Source: Candidatus Bathyarchaeota archaeon (GTDB lineage Archaea; Thermoproteota; Bathyarchaeia; Bathyarchaeales; Bathycorpusculaceae). Taken from it: a stretch of 64,000 bases of DNA. The notes under the pieces are model-generated. The model did no database searches. It saw only the letters and a program-made list of their open reading frames with translations, and was not told where the DNA came from. Position 1 is the first letter of the stretch; the number at the start of each line of letters is the position of its first letter. Positions 9,247 through 18,427 of this stretch are shown here, in pieces. The stretch lies in contig CAWGZR010000011.1 of NCBI GenBank assembly GCA_963827165.1, forward strand, positions 96,001 through 160,000, read 5' to 3'. The position numbers and the translations under genes were made by a program.

Positions 9247-10698
9247 AAGAAATAATCATAGACCCGATAACTACGGCTTGAAGGACACGGAAACGTATCC
9301 ATATTCTTAAACGACAAAGGCGAAGTTGAAAACGCATACCTCAAAATCCCAGAGTTGAGAGGTTTCGAGAAATTCTGCATCGGCAGAAAAGCCGAGCTCA
9401 TGCCACAACTCACCACAAGAATCTGCGGTGTCTGCCCAGTTGCACATCACTTCGCAGCTACCAAAGCCCTGGACGCAGCTTTCCATGTTGAACCACCCGA
9501 ACCAGCAAAGAAACTTCGGGAACTCATGTACACCGCTTACTTCATCTACGACCACATCCTACACTTCTACTACCTCGGCGGACCAGACTTCATAGTTGGA
9601 CCAGACGCACCGCCAGAAAAACGCAACATTCTAGGAGTAATCGAAAAAGTCGGAATGCCCATCGCCAAAGAAGTCATAAAACACCGCGCTTACGGTCAAA
9701 AAATGACTGAGATCATTGGTGGTAAAGCCACTCACCCCGTCTGCGGCCTACCCGGAGGAATCAGCAAGCCTCTGAGCGAAGAAAACAGGAAAGAAATAGA
9801 GACAATGGCGGCTTCATGCGTAGATTTCGCGCAGTTCACACTAAAAATCTTTCATGACATCGTGTTGGGTAACACAAAATATGTTGAATTAATCAAAAGC
9901 CAAGCCTATACAATGCCAACCTACTATATGGGCACAGTAGACAATAACAACAAAGTCAACTTTTACGACGGCAAAATCCGCGTAGTTGACCCATCAGGAA
10001 AAGAATTCCTCAAATTCGACTCGCAAGACTACCTCAAACATATCGCTGAACACGTTGAAGAATGGACCTACAGCAAATTCCCGTACCTTAAAGCAGTCGG
10101 CTGGAAAGGACAAATCCCCGGCAAAGACAGCGGTGTCTACCGCGTTGGTCCACTGGGACGATTGAACGCTTCAAACGGCATGGCGACACCCTTGGCCCAG
10201 GCAGAATACGAAGTCATGTACAAGACCTTGGGCGGCAAACCAGTACACAGCACGTTGGCTTTCCATTGGGCACGTTTGATTGAGTTGCTCTACGCTACTG
10301 AACGAACCATGGAGCTCGTTAAGGACCCAGAAATCACCAGCACAAACGTCCGCAACAAGCCCGGAGAACCAGGCGAAGGAGTAGGCATCGTAGAAGCGGC
10401 GCGCGGCACATTGATCCACCACTACGTCTTAGACAAAGATGCGCTCGTTAAAGACGTAAACCTGATTGTTGCTACAACCAATAATTACCCAGCGATCTGC
10501 ATGAGCATTCGCGACGCGGCAAAAGGCTTAATCCACGAAGGCAAAGTCGACCAAGGCATACTGAACATGGTTGAAATGGCTTTCAGAGCATACGACCCGT
10601 GTTTCGGATGCGCAACACACGCTGCAGTCGGGCAAATGCCTCTAACTGTAGAAGTCTTCAACGCCGACAAACAGCTAATCGACTCTGTCAGCCGGTAA
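9243..10698 (+). CDS. mvhA: MvhA large subunit of group 3c [NiFe] hydrogenase; +1 frameshift at about 9273
   Basis: MKEIIIDPIT (ATG 9243), then an extra A, then RLEGHG. L1 is RICGVCPVAH and L2 is YDPCFGCATH. Confidence 0.9.
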
Positions 10699-10808
10699 AC
10701 CAAACCCTATTTTTAAAGGGCAAAATTTTTTCTCTTTAGTTAAGCTAAATTCCACTAGACAAATCTTATAAGCGCTTGCTATCGAATAATCTTTTGGCTG
10801 GACGGAAA

Positions 10809-11282
10809 ATGAAGAGTCTTATAGTTTTTTATTCGCGAACGGGTAACGCGCGTTTCGTTGCTCAAACAATAGCTGCTCAAATAGGCGCTGACACCGAAGA
10901 AATCGTGGACCTAAAAAAGCGGGGTGGTGCACTTGGTTTCATAGGCAGCGGATCCGACGCTAGACGTGGCAAAGAAACTGAAATAGCCCCAACCCAGAGG
11001 TCACCAGCCGACTATGATCTTGTAATCGTGGGAACTCCAATATGGGCTGGAAGACCAACCCCTGCGATAACGTCTTACCTTAAGAAAAATGATCTTAGCG
11101 GAAAGAAGGTAGCGGTTTTTTATGTTCAGGGCGGAAAGAAACCTCAAGGCATGGAGCAAACTAAAGCGTTGATTCCCAATTCCACCTACCTGGGTGACCT
11201 GATGCTAATTGACGCCTTAAAACACAAAGCGGCCTCGGAAAAACAAATCATTGAATGGTGCAAAACCCTCACCTCCGCATAG
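10809..11282 (+). CDS. Flavodoxin family protein
   Basis: IVFYSRTGNA FMN loop and VGTPIWAG. Confidence 0.85.
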   Translation: MKSLIVFYSRTGNARFVAQTIAAQIGADTEEIVDLKKRGGALGFIGSGSDARRGKETEIAPTQRSPADYDLVIVGTPIWAGRPTPAITSYLKKNDLSGKKVAVFYVQGGKKPQGMEQTKALIPNSTYLGDLMLIDALKHKAASEKQIIEWCKTLTSA

Positions 11283-11375
11283 GCAGTGTCCACAGGCCTT
11301 TGTGCAGCTTACCCCTTACCTTTGAGGGTAAACCCTTATGTGCATTCTCGAACTTCTCTTTTGATTTGATTTGGA

Positions 11376-11729
11376 ATGCAACCTCAGCCTCCTAACCCGG
11401 AACATAAACGGATGAAGCGTGAAAAGAAAACCATAGGATACATGGTTGAGATCTACTGCAAAAACCATCATGGAACCGACGGCGGACTCTGCCCCGAATG
11501 CGGACAATTCGAAGAATATGCTTTTCTGCGGCTTGACAAATGTCCGTTTCAAGACAAAAAAAGCACTTGCGGCAAATGCCTAATCCATTGTTATCGACCC
11601 GACATGAAAGAAAAAGTCAAGCAAGTCATGCGGTATTCAGGACCACGAATGCTCCTTCATCACCCCACTCTAGCGCTACATCATGTATGGGACAGCCACC
11701 GAAAACCGCCAAAACTGGCAAAAAAGTAA
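11376..11729 (+). CDS. YgbA / nitrous-oxide-stimulated promoter family Cys-rich protein
   Basis: REKKTIxxMVxIYCxxHH...LCPEC...RLDKCPF...CGKCLIHCY...VMRYSGPRM. Confidence 0.85.
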   Translation: MQPQPPNPEHKRMKREKKTIGYMVEIYCKNHHGTDGGLCPECGQFEEYAFLRLDKCPFQDKKSTCGKCLIHCYRPDMKEKVKQVMRYSGPRMLLHHPTLALHHVWDSHRKPPKLAKK

Positions 11730-11788
11730 ACTAGCGCTATCGGCAAGCTTTTTCAAGCTACAAGTTTATTCCTTTGGCAGGTGCCTAA

Positions 11789-12273
11789 GTGGGTTCATTT
11801 ATTGAAAAAGACCTTAAAACCTGGTTGGTTAATGCCGAGAAAATCGTTTTGGCCGGAGTAGGTAACCCTATTCGATCAGACGATTACGTTGGGTTAAAAC
11901 TCGTTGAAGACCTCAAAGGCAAGCTGCCTCCCAAGGTTCTTCTTATTGAGGCTGAGACCGTTCCCGAAAGCTACCTCTCCGACATAGAAGCGTTCCACCC
12001 CTCGCACGTTCTGCTGATTGACGCTGCTTTTTTGGGGTTAAAGCCGGGGACGCTAGTCTCGTGGATGCGGAAAGAATCGTGGAAACCTCGGCAGTAACAA
12101 CACACCTATTGCCTCTGAGGGTTTTCTGCGAGTTCGTTAAGCAGTCGACTGGCGCTAAAATTGGTTTGCTCCTGGTTGAGCCGATGAGCATGGAGTTCAG
12201 TGAAGGTTTGACCGCTCCTGTTCAAGCCACGGTGGAACGATTGATAAAAGTTTTGCTTATGGTGCTGGGTTAG
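11789..12273 (+). CDS. hycI: Hydrogenase maturation protease (HycI-like); -1 frameshift in the G-run near 12046-12049
   Basis: GVGNPIRSDDYVG, ETVPE and LIDAA lie in 11789-12097. TTHLLPL and F(S)EGLT lie in 12061-12273. One G is missing in CCG GGG (G)AC. Confidence 0.82.
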
Positions 12274-12739
12274 TTTCTTTTCTTTTGAAAACGTAGTCTA
12301 TTGTGAATCTTTCTTTTCCCAGTGAATAATTGGTTTCTTTGAGTTCGATCTGGTCTTTTGTAACCCACTTTGCGATTATGTACTCTTCTAATTCTTGGTC
12401 CTCGAAGGTGCCTCTCCACTTGAGTTCAAGGGTTTTGTCATCCTTCCAGTTGCCGATATGGTCATGTGCTTCGCCCTCAGAAGTCATGCCGAAAAGATGT
12501 ACTTTCTGAGTGAGTTGATCAAAACTCCACAGGTCATTCTCATAGAAGTCATCGTAGCCTTCGATGTGAGTATCTATTTCAGAGTTTACTCCCACAGGAG
12601 GAATTTCCACAGCGGTCATTTCGCCGCAGCCGCTTACAATTTTGCCGTCAGCTGTCCGCAATGCTATGCCTACGCTCCATTCTCCGATGAGTTGCCTGAT
12701 CAACTCGAGCTCTTTGGGGGTTTGAACGCTTTCCGTCAT
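12257..12739 (-). CDS. Hypothetical beta-barrel protein (DUF1579-like)
   Basis: PKELELIRQLIGEW start and a beta-rich pattern; family call tentative. Confidence 0.6.
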   Translation of the reverse strand: MTESVQTPKELELIRQLIGEWSVGIALRTADGKIVSGCGEMTAVEIPPVGVNSEIDTHIEGYDDFYENDLWSFDQLTQKVHLFGMTSEGEAHDHIGNWKDDKTLELKWRGTFEDQELEEYIIAKWVTKDQIELKETNYSLGKERFTIDYVFKRKETNPAP

Positions 12740-12868
12740 AAAACCAAAACCAACAATCAAAAGCAGTCGCTGAAACGTAATAAAGAGATGTGGTTGCTTC
12801 CCTACAACAACTCGATGCGAGTTACGTTAATTAGCAGGTTTCCAATTAGCTATAGAAAGGTATGTTTT

Positions 12869-13348
12869 ATGGCTGGAAAAGCAGTTATTGTAATGGGTTC
12901 AGAACGGGATCTGGATTTTTCCCGTGGAATAGCCAAATACCTCAAAATGCTGGGTGTGAGCTACGAGTTTCGAGTTGCGTCTGCACATAAGACCCCCGAG
13001 AAAGTTCTGGAGTTAATCAGGGAATTCGAAGCTGAAAAAGTCGTCTATGTAACAGTTGCAGGACGCTCAAACGCCCTCAGCGGCTTCATCGACGGAAACT
13101 CATCCAAACCCGTAATCGCGTGTCCACCCTACTCAGAAACCTTCAGCGGCGCAGACATTTTTTCTTCACTTAGAGTTCCAAGCGGAATAGGTTCCGTCGT
13201 CACAATCGAAGCTGAAGGAGCAGCAATTGCAGCAGCAAAAATTCTTGGCTTAGAAGACAGCGTTGTAGCTGAAAACGTCAAGCAATATCAGGGATCAAAG
13301 AAGAAAGAACTCGAGAAAGCCAACGAATCAGTGAAAAAACTTAAATAA
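12869..13348 (+). CDS. purE: N5-CAIR mutase / AIR carboxylase PurE
   Basis: VIVMGSERD, VASAHKTPE, VAGRSNALSG and PVIACPP. The true start is ATG 12869; the longer ORF is read-through. Confidence 0.92.
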   Translation: MAGKAVIVMGSERDLDFSRGIAKYLKMLGVSYEFRVASAHKTPEKVLELIREFEAEKVVYVTVAGRSNALSGFIDGNSSKPVIACPPYSETFSGADIFSSLRVPSGIGSVVTIEAEGAAIAAAKILGLEDSVVAENVKQYQGSKKKELEKANESVKKLK

Positions 13349-13476
13349 ACAAGCCCTTTCCTTTTCCCGTTGGATTTTAACCTTATTTCTTGCCCTTCTT
13401 TTTGTTAGTTAACGGTAAGGTTAAATGAGATAGCGATAAACGGATACTGTAACAGAATCAGAATAGCCGAGGGACA

Positions 13477-14550
13477 TTGGGATTGGGAAGCGTGAAAGAC
13501 CTAGAACTAATAAAGAAACCAACAGCCGAGGCGATGGGAGTTGGCAGATTCCACTTTTCAGACCGTTACAGCGTCTTTGATTGGGGGGAAATGCCTGATC
13601 AAATAGGCGGCAAAGGCGCCGCGCTCTGCCTCATGGGCGCGCTCTGCTTTGAACAACTGGAGCGCAAAGGCGTGAAATCCCATTATCGGGGTTTAGTCGG
13701 CTTTAATGGCAATGGCAAAGCCGTAAGAATTAAAGAGATTAAACAACCTTCAAACGTCATGGAAGTCAGTTTAGTTAACGTTTACAAACCTAGAACAAGC
13801 GTTGCCGGCGGCAGACTAATGCATGACTACAGCATGTACACGCCTGAGTTGAAGAACTGCCTGATCCCGCTGGAAATCATCTACAGAAATGGTCTGCCCG
13901 AAGGTTCATCTGTTTTCAAAAGGCTTGAAGAGGGAAAAATCAAACTTTCTGATTTAGGCTTAGACCATTCTCCCACGTCCGGCGAGCAATTTGCTAAACC
14001 CATTTTCGATGTTAGCACCAAACTCGAGGAGACGGATCGCTACTTGACTTGGCAAGAAGCGCAAAAAATTGCGGGTTTGACCGACTTGGAACTTGAGAAA
14101 ATCCAGGCGATTCTACTCAAAGTGGATGAAACAATAACTGAAATCGCCTTGAAGGCTGGATTGAAAAATGAGGATGGAAAAATTGAGTTAGCCTTCGACG
14201 AAAACAGAGAATTGATGGTTATCGACGTTGTTGGGACGCTTGATGAGTGCCGATTTACCTATGAAGGTGTGCATGTAAGCAAGGAGGTTGCAAGGCAGTT
14301 TTACAAGAAGACACGTTGGTACACGGATTTGGAGCAGGCAAAGAAGGAGGCGGAAGCCAAAGGTATACTAGATTGGCAGTCACTTTGCAAGTCGAAGCCG
14401 CCTAAGCTGGAGCCTAAACTTAAGACCCTGATCAGCGAAATGTATATGGCTGCTGCTAACGAGATGACGGGGCATAAACTGTTTAACGCGCCCCTGCTTT
14501 CCCAAGTTATAGCCGAATACAAAGAGTCAATGAAGGGACAAAAATGTTAA
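13477..14550 (+). CDS. purC: SAICAR synthetase (archaeal long type)
   Basis: GSVKD, FSDRYSVFDWG, IPLEIIYRN, STKLEETDRY and DGKIE...DVVGTLDECRF. Confidence 0.92.
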   Translation: MGLGSVKDLELIKKPTAEAMGVGRFHFSDRYSVFDWGEMPDQIGGKGAALCLMGALCFEQLERKGVKSHYRGLVGFNGNGKAVRIKEIKQPSNVMEVSLVNVYKPRTSVAGGRLMHDYSMYTPELKNCLIPLEIIYRNGLPEGSSVFKRLEEGKIKLSDLGLDHSPTSGEQFAKPIFDVSTKLEETDRYLTWQEAQKIAGLTDLELEKIQAILLKVDETITEIALKAGLKNEDGKIELAFDENRELMVIDVVGTLDECRFTYEGVHVSKEVARQFYKKTRWYTDLEQAKKEAEAKGILDWQSLCKSKPPKLEPKLKTLISEMYMAAANEMTGHKLFNAPLLSQVIAEYKESMKGQKC

Positions 14551-15641
14551 GCGACAGCATCAAGCAAATAATAAAGAAATATGATTCTAACATGATTCGC
14601 ATAGGCGTTTTGGGTTCACATTCCGCGCTAGAGATTGCTTCAGGTGCAAAACAGGAAGGCTATGAAACAGTTGTAGTCTGCCAAAAAGGAAGAGAAAAAA
14701 CCTACACCAAGTATTACCGAAACCTGTTCGACCACGTCATTATGCTTGATAAATTCTCGCAAATAACCAATGAAGCAACGGTGAAGCGACTCACTGACTT
14801 GAACACCGTTTTTGTTCCCAACCGTTCCTTCTCCGTGTATGCTGGCTACGATGACATTGAGAAAAAGTTTGCCGTGCCACTGATGGGAAACCGTTCGATG
14901 CTGCGAACAGAAGAACGCAACACACCGAGAAACCAGCTTTACCTTCTGCAAAAGGCTGGGATAGCGACGCCGAAGACGTTCGAGACAGCGGAAGAAATTG
15001 ACCGCTTAGTAATTGTGAAAGTTCCAGAAAAAAAACGTGCAATTGAACGCGCCTTTTTCTTTGCGTCTTCTCCTGAAGAATATGTTAAAACCTCTCAAAA
15101 ACGAATAATGCAAGGAATAATAACTTGTGACGCGTTGGAAAAAGCGATTATAGAAGAATATGTCATAGGGGCTAAATTTAACGCTAATCTGTTTTGGTCG
15201 TCATTAACCGACGAAATCGACCTATTGGGTTTTGACAGGCGAATCCAAACAGACCTCGACGGAGTGCTGGATCTGCCCGCGTTGGAACAGCTAGAGTTAG
15301 GCATCCCCACTCAGAACATCGAAATCGGCCACATGGGCGCCACCATGCGGGAAAGTCAAATAGAAAAAATCTTTGAAGCCGCAGAAAAGTTCGTGGATAC
15401 CTGCAAGAAAGAATATCCGCCAGGCATGATCGGTTTGTTCGCTTTGCAGGGCGCCGTGACCAAGGATTTGGAATTCTTTGTTTTCGACGTTAGCCCCCGT
15501 GTTCCCGGATGCCCCTGCGTGGAGCCAACTTCGCCTTACATGAAATACAAATATGGAATGGAAGTCGGCCCCGGTAGACGCGTCGCCATGGAAGTTAAGC
15601 GGGCAATCAAGGAAGGAAGGCTTGCGGAAGTGGTTACGTGA
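14544..15641 (+). CDS. purP: PurP-family ATP-grasp protein (PurP paralogue)
   Basis: LGSHSAL, FVPNRSF, GNRxML and FDVSPRVPG. Confidence 0.85.
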   Translation: MLSDSIKQIIKKYDSNMIRIGVLGSHSALEIASGAKQEGYETVVVCQKGREKTYTKYYRNLFDHVIMLDKFSQITNEATVKRLTDLNTVFVPNRSFSVYAGYDDIEKKFAVPLMGNRSMLRTEERNTPRNQLYLLQKAGIATPKTFETAEEIDRLVIVKVPEKKRAIERAFFFASSPEEYVKTSQKRIMQGIITCDALEKAIIEEYVIGAKFNANLFWSSLTDEIDLLGFDRRIQTDLDGVLDLPALEQLELGIPTQNIEIGHMGATMRESQIEKIFEAAEKFVDTCKKEYPPGMIGLFALQGAVTKDLEFFVFDVSPRVPGCPCVEPTSPYMKYKYGMEVGPGRRVAMEVKRAIKEGRLAEVVT

Positions 15642-16723
15642 TAACAGAGGCGGACATTGGCAAAATCCTCGAAAAATACGATGAGAAAAAACTATCAATC
15701 GGCACTTTAGGTTCTCACAGTTCACTTAACATTTTCAAGGGCGCCAAAGAAGAAGGCTTCCGCACGGTCTGCGTCTGCAAAGAAAAAGACGCAATAATGT
15801 ACCGGAAGTACCCGCTCGTAGACGACCTGATCATAGTGAAAGACTTCACGGAACTCTTGAGCGAAAAGTTGCAAGAGAAACTTCGCAGCTTAAACGTCAT
15901 CTTGATTCCACACGGCTCCTTCACCGCTTACCTTAGCACTGAAGAGTTAACCGACAGCCTCTTCGTGCCCATGTTCGGAAACCGCCAGCTACTCCAATGG
16001 GAAGCAAACCGCAAATCCCAAGAAGAATGGCTACGACAGGCAGGGCTCCTGTTGCCGGCAACATTCAAAACGCCAGAGGACATCGACCGTTTGATCATCG
16101 CCAAACTGCCCGGCGCCAAAGGCGGAAGAGGATACTTCTTGGCGAATTCGCCGAAAGCCTTCCACAAAAAATTCAGCGAACTCGTAAAACGCGGCTTGCT
16201 CAAAAACGAGGATTTGCCTCTGATTCATTTGCAGGAGTACGCTCTTGGAGTCAACGTTTACCCAAGCTATTTTAGCTCCATTATAAATGATGACGTTGAA
16301 CTGCTTGCTATGGACAGACGTTATGAATCAGCGGTGGACTCTATTGGCAAAATCCCCGCAGCCGAACAACTCGAGATCGACGTTAACCCAACCTACACCG
16401 TTGTCGGCAACTTCCCGATTGTGCTTCGAGAATCTTTGCTTCCTGAAATCATGCGAATGGGAGACAACGTGCATAAAAAAGCCAAAGAGCTTGCACCGCC
16501 TGGAATCATAGGACCCTTCTGCTTGGAAACCGTTATAACCGATGACCTCAAAATCTTAACGTTCGAAATCTCCGCACGTATAGTTGCGGGAACAAACGTT
16601 GGCATCGGCACTTCACCCTACGCTTACCTCAAATACGGAGAAAACATGTACATGGGCAGACGCATCGCCAAGGAAATAAAAGAGGCATTAAAAAAGAATA
16701 GGCTGCAAGAAATCTCAGCTTAA
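15638..16723 (+). CDS. purP: FAICAR synthetase PurP
   Basis: LGSHSSL, IPHGSF, GAKGGRGYF, DRRYES and FEISARIVAGTN. Confidence 0.9.
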   Translation: MITEADIGKILEKYDEKKLSIGTLGSHSSLNIFKGAKEEGFRTVCVCKEKDAIMYRKYPLVDDLIIVKDFTELLSEKLQEKLRSLNVILIPHGSFTAYLSTEELTDSLFVPMFGNRQLLQWEANRKSQEEWLRQAGLLLPATFKTPEDIDRLIIAKLPGAKGGRGYFLANSPKAFHKKFSELVKRGLLKNEDLPLIHLQEYALGVNVYPSYFSSIINDDVELLAMDRRYESAVDSIGKIPAAEQLEIDVNPTYTVVGNFPIVLRESLLPEIMRMGDNVHKKAKELAPPGIIGPFCLETVITDDLKILTFEISARIVAGTNVGIGTSPYAYLKYGENMYMGRRIAKEIKEALKKNRLQEISA

Positions 16724-16731
16724 AACATTGG

Positions 16732-17499
16732 CTAAGACAGGCAAGTCTTCAACAGATTCTCAAAGTCGCTTCTCAACCCGCTTTTCTTGTAAGCCCTCAA
16801 AACCCCCATCAACTCCCATTTGTCCTTTCCCCCCAGCGTTTCAGCTAAAATCTTTGATGCGGAGCTATTGCCACTGAAAAGATACTGGCAAACCGCAGTA
16901 ACATTAGCCACTCTTCGTTCTACGCTGGCAGTTTCAAAATCAACAATAAAAGGATTCCCCGCCTTATCCACAAGCAAATGCTTAGGGGCCTTGCTTAGCT
17001 CACCGTGATCCAACCCCGCCTGATCCAGCCTATAGCACTGGTCCAAAATTTCTCCCAAAACCCGCTTAACCTTCAATTGATCCATGTTTGTTTCCAGCCA
17101 TTTTGAAATCACGCTTCCATCGATGAGCTGCATCAGAAGAAAATTCTTGCTTGCCGTTATCAGCCGAGCACCCACGTTTGCGGAGTTTGCCACCGAGAGC
17201 ATCTGGGCTTCGTGGAGCAGGTCGACTCGGTCAGCGTCTGTCCTTCGGATTTTAAGGGCAACTCTCTTCCCATTCAGGTGCGCGACTACAACAACTCCGA
17301 CAAAACCTTTACCCAACACTGGAACCCCAACTCCGAAGAGGCTGGATGATCCCGAAAACTCAAGAGCTGAGACACCGAGGCTACACAATTCTTGAACCCG
17401 ATTTTGCAGTTCGTTATCGTTGGGTTTTGGGAAGCACAGGACCAACGGGTAAGGCTCTTGGCTTAGTTGCTCAACTGGAACGATTATGGGATTCTTCAC
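16732..17499 (-). CDS. Archaeal Ser/Thr protein kinase (RIO/Bud32-like)
   Basis: LGKGFVGVV, VALKIRR, DHGELS and IVDFE. Confidence 0.85.
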   Translation of the reverse strand: MKNPIIVPVEQLSQEPYPLVLCFPKPNDNELQNRVQELCSLGVSALEFSGSSSLFGVGVPVLGKGFVGVVVVAHLNGKRVALKIRRTDADRVDLLHEAQMLSVANSANVGARLITASKNFLLMQLIDGSVISKWLETNMDQLKVKRVLGEILDQCYRLDQAGLDHGELSKAPKHLLVDKAGNPFIVDFETASVERRVANVTAVCQYLFSGNSSASKILAETLGGKDKWELMGVLRAYKKSGLRSDFENLLKTCLS

Positions 17500-17630
17500 C
17501 TGTCGGTTCCTTCTATGGCACGATTAGTGGACCGCCGGATTATAAGTTTAACATCGGGACGCGAAAAAGCCTCTTCACTTCGAACTCAAAAGCTATCATA
17601 TGATCAAAGGACATTAAGTTCAAGTGGCGC

Positions 17631-18100
17631 ATGGATTTGGTTAGAACCCTTCTTATAGTCTATCATTTAAAGACGGAAAAACCAAGAAGATGGCTTCCAG
17701 AATAGGTGAATGACCGCGCAAGTCTGGTGTAAACGTGGTTTTGAGAACAGTCGAAAACTGAACCATGGATAACTTGGCTTCTGCAGACGGTTTGGTTGTA
17801 GGTTCGCCAACGCATTACAGCAACATTGATTGGCAAATTAAGCGCTTCATGGATGAGACTGTTCTGGCTTTCTGCTCAAAGGGGAACTCGCTTGGAAACA
17901 AAGTATGCGGCTGCTTTACATCCACAGGAGCATACGCCGATGGGAAAGAGTGCCTCAGAATACTGGAGTTGGCGTTTGGAGTTGCCCTGAAGATGAAAAT
18001 TGCTCCGGGAATAATTCTTGAATCAAAAGACATGGATACAGGCAATATCACTTTATGTTTCGAGTTTGGGCAAAAAATTTCGCGAGAAATAACGCAGTGA
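17631..18100 (+). pseudogene. Degraded WrbA-like flavodoxin/NAD(P)H:quinone oxidoreductase
   Basis: MDLVRTLLIVYH, then a frameshift, then GKTKKMA. In-frame TGA stops occur at 17711 and 17759, followed by ADGLVVGSPTHY. An intact paralogue lies at 26076-26549. Confidence 0.75.
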
Positions 18101-18151
18101 AGGGCACTTCTTGCCTTTGTCATGTGAATGCACATAAGCCACATAGCCTGT

Positions 18152-18358
18152 ATGGCTGGAATGGAACGTAATCAGCAGAGAAGCCAAATCAAATCGGGCA
18201 TCCGCGTAAAAATCGTTTTGAAGCAGGATCAGCAAAGCGGCAAATTAACCGAAGGCGTCGTCAAGGATATTCTCACTAACAGCTCAACTCATCCGCACGG
18301 TATCAAGGTGCGGCTTACGGACGGCAAAGTCGGCAGAGTGCAAACAATATTAAAATAA
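18152..18358 (+). CDS. YwbE family protein
   Basis: IVLKQDQQSGKLTEGVVKDILTNSSTHPHGIKVRLTDGKVGRV. Confidence 0.88.
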   Translation: MAGMERNQQRSQIKSGIRVKIVLKQDQQSGKLTEGVVKDILTNSSTHPHGIKVRLTDGKVGRVQTILK

Positions 18359-18427
18359 CGAGTCGCCTGAAGAATTATAAATTTAATAGGGTGACGGCAA
18401 TATCTGGATTCTGTTTGGTTATTAGCT

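Noticed and set aside
1080-9280. Programmed +1 frameshifting in hoxF and mvhA
   Set aside because: There is no shared slippery sequence or stimulatory structure, and similar indels occur in unrelated genes, so assembly error is more parsimonious.
12395-12868. N-terminal extension or fusion on PurE
   Set aside because: It is the antisense shadow of the 12257-12739 gene plus intergenic DNA; PurE homology begins at ATG 12869.
17711-17761. Selenocysteine read-through of in-frame TGA codons in the flavodoxin-like gene
   Set aside because: The gene also has a frameshift, the TGAs are not at catalytic positions, no SECIS is evident, and the hydrogenases and MsrB here use Cys.
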